A stretch of 64,000 nt of DNA from Eledone cirrhosa (lineage: Eukaryota): assembly GCA_964016885.1 (NCBI GenBank), contig OZ024743.1, positions 25,296,001 through 25,360,000 on the forward strand, read 5' to 3'. Below are positions 55,301 to 64,000 of this stretch, piece after piece (the stretch's first letter is position 1; each line of letters begins with the position of its first letter). The position numbers were made by a program, and so were the translations under genes. The notes beneath the pieces were generated by a model. It made no database searches. It was not told the origin of the DNA and was given only the letters and a program-made list of their open reading frames with translations.

Positions 55301-58300
55301 GGTGTAGTTAAGAGATGGGGAGGTTGAGAGAGATGGAGGCTTGACAGTGGGAGTTGGGCTCCTCTGTATTCGGACCTTGTGTAGTTAAGAGATGGGGAAT
55401 AGTGAGAGAGTTTGGTGATTGACAGTGGGAGTTCGGCTCCTCTGTGTTCGGACCTGGTGTAGTTAAGAGATGGGGAGGCTGAGAGAGATGGAGGCTTGAC
55501 AGTGGGAGTTCGGCTCCTCTGTGTTCGGACCTGGTGTAGTTAAGAGATGGAGAGGGTGAGTGAGATGGAGGCTTGACAGTGGGTGTTCGGCACCTCTGTG
55601 TTCGGAACAGGTGTAGTTAAGAGATGGGGAGAGTGAGAGATATGGAGACTTGACAGTGGGATGTCGGCTCCTCTGTGTTCGGACCTGATGTAGCTCAGAG
55701 ATGGGGAGGGTGAGAGAGATGGAGGCTTGACAGTGGGAGTTCGGCTCCTCTGTGTTCGGACCTGGTGTAGTTAAGAGATGGGGAGGGTGAGAGAGATTGG
55801 GGATTGACAGTGGGAGTTCGGCTCCTCTGTGTTCGGACCTGGTGTACTTGAGAGATAGGGAGGGTGAGAGAGATGGAGGCTGACAGTGGGAGTACGACTC
55901 CTCTGTGTTCGGACCTGATGTAGTTAAGAGATGCGGAGAGTGAGAGAGATGGAGGCTTGACAGTGGGAGTTCGGCTCTTCTGTGTTCAGACCTGGTGTAG
56001 TTAAGAGATGGGGAGGGTGAGAGAGATGGAGGCTTGACAGTGGGAGGTCGGCTCCTCTGTGTTCGGACCTGATGTAGCTCAGAGATGGGGAGGGTGAGAG
56101 AGATTGGGGATTGACAGTGGGAGTTCGGCTCCTCTGTGTTCGGACCTGGTGTAGTTAAGAGATGGGGAGGGTGAGAGAGATGGATGCTTGACAGTGGGAG
56201 GTCGGTTCCTCTGTGTTCGGACCTGATGTAGCTCAGAGATGGGGAGGTTGAGTGAGATGGAGACTTGACAGTGGGAGTTCGGCTCCTCTGTGTTCGGACC
56301 TGGTGTTGATATGAGATGGGGAGGGTGAGAGAGATGGAGGCTTGACAGTGGGAGTTCGGCTCTTCTGTGTTCGGACCTGGTGTAGTTGAGAGATGCGGAG
56401 AGTGAGAGAGATGGAGGCTTGACAGTGGGAGTTCGGCTCTTCTGTGTTCGGACCTGGTGTAGTTAAGAGATGGGGAGGGTGAGAGAGATGGAGGCTTGAT
56501 AGTGGGAGTTTGGCTCCTCTGCGTTCAAACCTGGTGTAGTGAAGAGATGGGGAGGGTGAGAGATATGGAGGCTTCACAGTGGGAGTTCGGGTCCTATGTT
56601 TTCGGACCTGGTGTACTTGAGAGATCGGGAGGTTGAGAGAGATGGAGGCTTGACAGTGGGAGTTCGGCTCCTCTGTGTTCGGACCTGGTGTACTTGAGAG
56701 ATGGGGAGGTTGAGAGAGATGGAGGCTTGACAGTGGGAGTTCGGCTCCTCTGTGTTCTGACCTGGTGTACTTGAGAGATAGGGAGGTTGAGAGAGATGGA
56801 GGCTGACAGTGGGAGTTCGGCACCTCTGTGTTCGGAACTGGTGTAGTTAAGAGATGGGGAGGGTGAGAGAGATTGGGGCTTGACAGTGGGAGTTCGGCAC
56901 CTCCGTGTTCGGACCTGGTGTAGTTAAGAGATGGGGAGGCTGAGAGAGATGGAGACTGATAGTGGGAGTTCGGCTCCTCTGTATTCGGACCTGGTGTAGT
57001 TAAGAGATGGGGAGGCTGAGAGAGATGGAGACTTGACAGTGGGAGTTCGGCTCCTCCGTGTTCGGACCTGGTGTACTTGAGTGATGGGGAGGGTGAGAGA
57101 GATGGAGGCTTGACAGTGGGAGTTCGGCATACCTGTGTTCGGACCTGGTGTAGTTAAGAGATGGAGAGGGTGAGAGAGATGGAGTCTGACAGTGGGAGTT
57201 CGGCTCCTCTGTGTTCGGACCTGGTGTAGTTAAGAGATGGGGAGGTTGAGAGAGATGGAGGCTTGATAGTGGGAGTTCGGCTCCTCTGTATTCGGACCTG
57301 GTGTAGTTAAGAGATGGGGAGGGTGAGAGAGATGGAGGCTTGACAGTGGGAGTTCGGCATCCCTGTGTTCGGACCTGGTGTAGTTAAGAGATGGGGAGGG
57401 TGAGAGAGATTGGGGCTTGACAGTGGGAATTCGGCACCTCCGTGTTCGGACCTGGTGTAGTTAAGAGATGGGGAGGCTGAGAGAGATGGAGACTTGACAG
57501 TGGGAGTTCGGCTCCTCCGTGTTCGGACCTGGTGTACTTGAGAGATGGGGAGGGTGAGAGAGATGGAGGCTTGACAGTGGGAGTTCGGCATCCCTGTGTT
57601 CGGACCTGGTGTAGTTAAGAGATGGAGAGGGTGAGAGAGATGGAGTCTGACAGTGGGAGTTCGGCTCCTCTGTGTTCGGACCTGGTGTAGTTAAGAGATG
57701 GGGAGGGTGAGAGAGATGGAGGCTTGACAGTGGGAGTTCGGCATCCCTGTGTTCGGACCTGGTGTAGTTAAGAGATGGGGAGGGTGAGAGAGATTGGGGC
57801 TTGACAGTGGGAGTTCGGCACCTCCGTGTTCGGACCTGGTGTAGTTAAGAGATGGGGAGGCTGAGAGAGATTGGTGATTGACACTGGGGGTTCGGCTCTT
57901 CTGTGTTAGGACCTGGTGTTGTTATGAGATGGGGAGGGTGAGAGAGATTGGGGCTTGACAGTGGGAGTTCGGCTCCTCCGTGTTCGGACCTGGTGTACTT
58001 GAGAGATGGGGAGGGTGAGAGAGATGGAGGCTTGACAGTGGGAGTTCGGCATCCCTGTGTTCGGACCTGGTGTAGTTAAGAGATGGAGAGGGTGAGAGAG
58101 ATGGAGTCTGACAGTGGGAGTTCGGCTCCTCTGTGTTCGGACCTGGTGTAGTTAAGAGATGGGGAGGTTGAGAGAGATGGAGGCTTGATAGTGGGAGTTC
58201 GGCTCCTCTGTATTCGGACCTGGTGTATTTAAGAGATGGGGAGGGTGAGAGAGATGGAGGCTTGACAGTGGGAGTTCGGCATCCCTGTGTTCGGACCTGG

Positions 58301-61300
58301 TGTAGTTAAGAGATGGAGAGGGTGAGAGAGATGGAGTCTGACAGTGGGAGTTCGGCTCCTCTGTGTTCGGACCTGGTGTAGTTAAGAGATGGGGAGGTTG
58401 AGAGAGATGGAGGCTTGACAGTGGGAGTTGGGCTCCTCTGTATTCGGACCTTGTGTAGTTAAGAGATGGGGAATAGTGAGAGAGTTTGGTGATTGACAGT
58501 GGGAGTTCGGCTCCTCTGTGTTCGGACCTGGTGTAGTTAAGAGATGGGGAGGCTGAGAGAGATGGAGGCTTGACAGTGGGAGTTCGGCTCCTCTGTGTTC
58601 GGACCTGGTGTAGTTAAGAGATGGAGAGGGTGAGTGAGATGGAGGCTTGACAGTGGGTGTTCGGCACCTCTGTGTTCGGAACAGGTGTAGTTAAGAGATG
58701 GGGAGAGTGAGAGATATGGAGACTTGACAGTGGGAGGTCGGCTCCTCTGTGTTCGGACCTGATGTAGCTCAGAGATGGGGAGGGTGAGAGAGATGGAGGC
58801 TTGACAGTGGGAGTTCGGCTCCTCTGTGTTCGGACCTGGTGTAGTTAAGAGATGGGGAGGGTGAGAGAGATTGGGGATTGACAGTGGGAGTTCGGCTCCT
58901 CTGTGTTCGGACCTGGTGTACTTGAGAGATAGGGAGGGTGAGAGAGATGGAGGCTGACAGTGGGAGTACGACTCCTCTGTGTTCGGACCTGATGTAGTTA
59001 AGAGATGCGGAGAGTGAGAGAGATGGAGGCTTGACAGTGGGAGTTCGGCTCTTCTGTGTTCAGACCTGGTGTAGTTAAGAGATGGGGAGGGTGAGAGAGA
59101 TGGAGGCTTGACAGTGGGAGGTCGGCTCCTCTGTGTTCGGACCTGATGTAGCTCAGAGATGGGGAGGGTGAGAGAGATTGGGGATTGACAGTGGGAGTTC
59201 GGCTCCTCTGTGTTCGGACCTGGTGTAGTTAAGAGATGGGGAGGGTGAGAGAGATGGATGCTTGACAGTGGGAGGTCGGTTCCTCTGTGTTCGGACCTGA
59301 TGTAGCTCAGAGATGGGGAGGTTGAGTGAGATGGAGACTTGACAGTGGGAGTTCGGCTCCTCTGTGTTCGGACCTGGTGTTGATATGAGATGGGGAGGGT
59401 GAGAGAGATGGAGGCTTGACAGTGGGAGTTCGGCTCCTCTGTGTTCGGACCTGGTGTAGTTAAGAGATGGGGAGGGTGAGAGAGATTGGTGATTGACAGT
59501 GGGAGTTCGGCTCTTCTGTGTTAGGACCTGGTGTTGTTATGAGATGGGGAGGGTGAGAGAGATGGAGGCTTGACAGTGGGAGTTCGGCTCCTCTGTGTTC
59601 GGACCTGGTGTAGTTAAGAGATGAGGAGAGTGAGAGAGATAGAGGCTTGACAGTGGGAGTTCGGCTCCTCTGTGTTCGGACCTGGTGTAGTTAAGAGATG
59701 GAGAGGGTGAGAGAGATGGAGGCTTGACAGTGGGAGTTCGGCACCTCTGTGTTCGGACCTGGTGTAGTTAAGAGATGGGGAGGGTGAGAGAGATGGAGGC
59801 TTGACAGTCGGGTCCTATGTGTTCGGACATGGTGTACTTGAGAAAAGGGGAGAGTGAGAGAGATTGGGGATTGACAGTGGGAGTTCGGCTCCTCTGTGTT
59901 AGGAGTTTGTGTAGTTAAGAGATGGGGAGGTTGAGAGAGATGGAGGCTTGACAGTGGGAGTTCGGCTCTTCTGTGTTCGGACCTGGTGTAGTTAAGAGAT
60001 GGGGAGGGTGAGAGAGATGGAGGCTTAACAGTGGGAGTTCGGGTCCTCTGTGTTAGGAGTTTGTGTAGTTAAGAGATGGGGAGGTTGAGAGAGATGGAGG
60101 GGTGACAGTGGGAGTTCGGCTCTTCTGTGTTCGGACCTGGTGTAGTTAAGCGATGCGGAGAGTGAGAGAGATGGAGGCTTGACAGTGGGAGTTCGGCTCT
60201 TCTGTGTTCGGACCTGGTGTAGTTAAGAGATGCGGACAGTGAGAGAGATGGAGGCTTGACAGTGGGAGTTCGGCTCTTCTGTGTTCGGACCTGGTGTAGT
60301 TAAGAGATGCGGAGAGTGAGAGAGATGGAGGGTTGACAGTGGGAGTTCGGCTCTTCTGTGTTCGGACCTGGTGTAGTTAAGAGATGCGGAGAGTGAGAGA
60401 GATGGAGGCTTGACAGTGGGAGTTCGGCTCCTCTGTGTTCAAACCTGGTGTAGTGAAGAGATGGGGAGGGTGAGAGATATGGAGGCTTGACAGTGGGAGT
60501 TCGGGTTCTATGTTTTCGGACCTGGTGTACTTGAGAGATCGGGAGGTTGAGAGAGATGGAGGCTTGACAGTGGGAGTTCGGCTCCTCTGTGTTCAAACCT
60601 GGTGTAGTGAAGAGATGGGGAGGATGAGAGAGATGGAGGCTTGACAGTGGGAGTTCGGGTCCTATGTTTTCGGACCTGGTGTACTTGAGAGATCGGGAGG
60701 TTGAGAGAGATGGAGGCTTGACAGTGGGAGTTCGGCTCCTCTGTGTTCAAACCTGGTGTAGTGAAGAGATGGGGAGGATGAGAGAGATGGAGGCTTGACA
60801 GTGGGAGTTCGGGTCCTATGTTTTCGGACCTGGTGTACTTGAGAGATCGGGAGGTTGAGAGAGATGGAGGCTTGACAGTGGGAGTTCGGCTCCTCTGTGT
60901 TCAAACCTGGTGTAGTGAAGAGATGGGGAGGATGAGAGAGATGGAGGCTTGACAGTGGGAGTTCGGGTCCTATGTTTTCGGACCTGGTGTACTTGAGAGA
61001 TGGGGAGGTTGAGAGAGATGGAGGCTTGACAGTGGGAGTTCGGCTCCTCTGTGTTCTGACCTGGTGTAGTTAAGAGATGGGGAGGGTGAGAGAGATTGGG
61101 GCTTGACAGTGGGAGTTCGGCTCCTCTGTGTTCGGAACTGGTGTAGTTAAGAGATGGGGAGGGTGAGAGAGATGGAGGCTTGACAGTGGGAGTTCGGCAC
61201 CTCTGTGTTCGGAACTGGTGTAGTTAAGAGATGGGGAGGGTGAGAGAGATGGAGGCTTGACAGTGGGAGTTCGGCACCTCTGTGTTCGGAACTGGTGTAG

Positions 61301-64000
61301 TTAAGAGATGGGGAGGTTGAGAGAGATGGAGGCTTGACAGTGGGAGTTCGGCTCCTCTGTGTTCTGACCTGGTGTACTTGAGAGATAGGGAGGGTGAGAG
61401 AGATGGAGGCTTGACAGTGGGAGTTCGGCACCTCTGTGTTCGGACCTGGTGTAGTTAAGAGATGGGGAGGGTGAGAGAGATTGGGGCTTGACAGTGGGAG
61501 TTCGGCACTTCCGTGTTCGGACCTGGTGTAGTTAAGAGATGGGGAGGCTGAGAGAGATGGAGACTGATAGTGGGAGTTCGGCTCCTCTGTATTCGGACCT
61601 GGTGTAGTTAAGAGATGGGGAGGCTGAGATAGATGGAGACTTGACAGTGGGAGTTCGGCTCCTCCGTGTTCGGACCTGGTGTACTTGAGAGATGGGGAGG
61701 GTGAGAGAGATGGAGGCTTGACAGTGGGAGTTCGGCATCCCTGTGTTCGGACCTGGTGTAGTTAAGAGATGGGGAGGTTGAGTGAGATGGAGACTTGACA
61801 GTGGGAGTTCGGCTCCTCTGTGTTCGGACCTGGTGTTGATATGAGATGGGGAGGGTGAGAGAGATGGAGGCTTGACAGTGGGAGTTCGGCTCCTCTGTGT
61901 TCGGACCTGGTGTAGTTAAGAGATGGGGAGGGTGAGAGAGATTGGTGATTGACAGTGGGATTTCGGCTCTTCTGTGTTCGGACCTGGTGTTGTTATGAGA
62001 TGGGGAGGGTGAGAGAGATGGAGGCTTGACAGTGGGAGTTCGGCTCCTCTGTGTTCGGACCTGGTGTAGTTAAGAGATGAGGAGAGTGAGAGAGATGGAG
62101 GCTTGACAGTCGGGTCCTATGTGTTCGGACATGGTGTACTTGAGAAAAGGGGAGAGTGAGAGAGATTGGGGATTGACAGTGGGAGTTCGGCTCCTCTGTG
62201 TTAGGAGTTTGTGTAGTTAAGAGATGGGGAGGTTGAGAGAGATGGAGGCTTGACAGTGGGAGTTCGGCTCTTCTGTGTTCGGACCTGGTGTAGTTAAGAG
62301 ATGGGGAGGGTGAGAGAGATAGAGGCTTAACAGTGGGAGTTCGGGTCCTCTGTGTTAGGAGTTTGTGTAGTTAAGAGATGGGGAGGTTGAGAGAGATGGA
62401 GGGGTGACAGTGGGAGTTCGGCTCTTCTGTGTTCGGACCTGGTGTAGTTAAGAGATGCGGAGAGTGAGAGAGATGGAGGCTTGACAGTGGGAGTTCGGCT
62501 CTTCTGTGTTCGGACCTGGTGTAGTTAAGAGATGCGGAGAGTGAGAGAGATGGAGGCTTGACAGTGGGAGTTCGGCTCTTCTGTGTTCGGACCTGGTGTA
62601 GTTAAGAGATGCGGAGAGTGAGAGAGATGGAGGCTTGACAGTGGGAGTTCGGCTCTTCTGTGTTCGGACCTGGTGTAGTTAAGAGATGCGGAGAGTGAGA
62701 GAGATGGAGGCTTGACAGTGGGAGTTCGGCTCCTCTGTGTTCAAACCTGGTGTAGTGAAGAGATGGGGAGGGTGAGAGATATGGAGGTTTGACAGTGGGA
62801 GTTCGGGTCCTATGTTTTCGGACCTGGTGTACTTGAGAGATCGGGAGGTTGAGAGAGATGGAGGCTTGACAGTGGGAGTTCGGCTCCTCTGTGTTCAAAC
62901 CTGGTGTAGTGAAGAGATGGGGAGGATGAGAGAGATGGAGGCTTGACAGTGGTAGTTCGGGTCCTATGTTTTCGGACCTGGTGTACTTGAGAGATCGGGA
63001 GGTTGAGAGAGATGGAGGCTTCACAGTGGGAGTTCGGCTCCTCTGTGTTCAAACCTGGTGTAGTGAAGAGATGGGGAGGATGAGAGAGATGGAGGCTTGA
63101 CAGTGTGAGTTCGGGTCCTATGTTTTCGGACCTGGTGTACTTGAGAGATCGGGAGGTTGAGAGAGATGGAGGCTTGACAGTGGGAGTTCGGCTCTTCTGT
63201 GTTCGGACCTGGTGTACTTGAGAGATAGGGAGGGTGAGAGAGATGGAGGCTGACAGTGGGAGTTCGGCACCTCTGTGTTCGGAACTGGTGTAGTTAAGAG
63301 ATGGGGAGGGTGAGAGAGATTGGGGCTTGACAGTGGGAGTTCGGCACCTCCGTGTTCGGACCTGGTGTAGTTAAGAGATGGGGAGGCTGAGAGAGATGGA
63401 GACTGATAGTGGGAGTTCGGCTCCTCTGTATTCGGACCTGGTGTAGTTAAGAGTTGGGGAGGCTGAGAGAGATGGAGACTTGACAGTGGGAGTTCGGCTC
63501 CTCCGTGTTCGGACCTGGTGTACTTGAGAGATGGGGAGGGTGAGAGAGATGGAGGCTTGACAGTGGGAGTTCGGCATCCCTGTGTTCGGACCTGGTGTAG
63601 TTAAGAGATGGGGAGGTTGAGTGAGATGGAGACTTGACAGTGGGAGTTCGGCTCCTCTGTGTTCGGACCTGGTGTTGATATGAGATGGGGAGGGTGAGAG
63701 AGATGGAGGCTTGACAGTGGGAGTTCGGCTCCTCTGTGTTCGGACCTGGTGTAGTTAAGAGATGGGGAGGGTGAGAGAAATTGGTGATTGACAGTGGGAG
63801 TTCGGCTCTTCTGTGTTCGGACCTGGTGTTGTTATGAGATGGGGAGGGTGAGAGAGATGGAGGCTTGACAGTGGGAGTTCGGCTCCTCTGTGTTCGGACC
63901 TGGTGTAGTTAAGAGATGAGGAGAGTGAGAGAGATGGAGGCTTGACAGTGGGAGTTCGGCTCCTCTGTTTTCGGACCTGGTGTAGTTAAGAGATGGAGAG
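46349..64000. repeat. 77-bp G-rich satellite array (~229 monomers, runs off the window end) with higher-order repeats
   Basis: Consensus GAGAGAGATGGAGGCTTGACAGTGGGAGTTCGGCTCCTCTGTGTTCGGACCTGGTGTAGTTAAGAGATGGGGAGGGT. Period 77 (46381 to 46458). Diagnostic variants recur at offsets 154, 301, 2215, 3063 and 3074. Confidence 0.97.

Noticed and set aside
47123-63577. Minus-strand ORFs (PNSHCQASISL...) resembling repetitive or zinc-finger proteins
   Set aside because: They come from the 77-bp satellite. The unit is not a multiple of 3, frames rotate and hit stops, and there is no C2H2 spacing.
46349-64000. CRISPR-like or diversity-cassette interpretation of the 77-bp array
   Set aside because: There are no unique spacers; variation is point substitutions recurring in blocks; no cas genes; eukaryotic context.

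Overview
AT-rich eukaryotic (metazoan) non-genic DNA, dense in microsatellites. The repeat content (tRNA-head SINEs, RTE/Dong/CRE LINE debris, (TA)n/(TGTA)n/(GA)n tracts) is most like an octopus/cephalopod genome; this is inference. No intact protein-coding gene is supportable: almost all ORFs in the track are microsatellite or satellite translations. Main discovery: a near-perfect 310-bp tandem array (17122-21848) whose monomer carries a minimal type I hammerhead ribozyme. It is a retrozyme-like element arranged as two concatemers (8 + 7 ribozymes) joined head-to-head inside a (TA)n/AAAC tract. At least five other palindromic insertions (6.5, 24.9-26.2, 26.3, 26.9, 32.1 kb) show the same outward-pointing, hammerhead-bearing, TA-anchored architecture typical of Penelope-like pLTRs; several share an unusual U·U at the base of stem II. 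The last 17.6 kb is a G-rich 77-bp satellite with higher-order structure. All alignments and folds were done by eye, so coordinates of degenerate elements are approximate.
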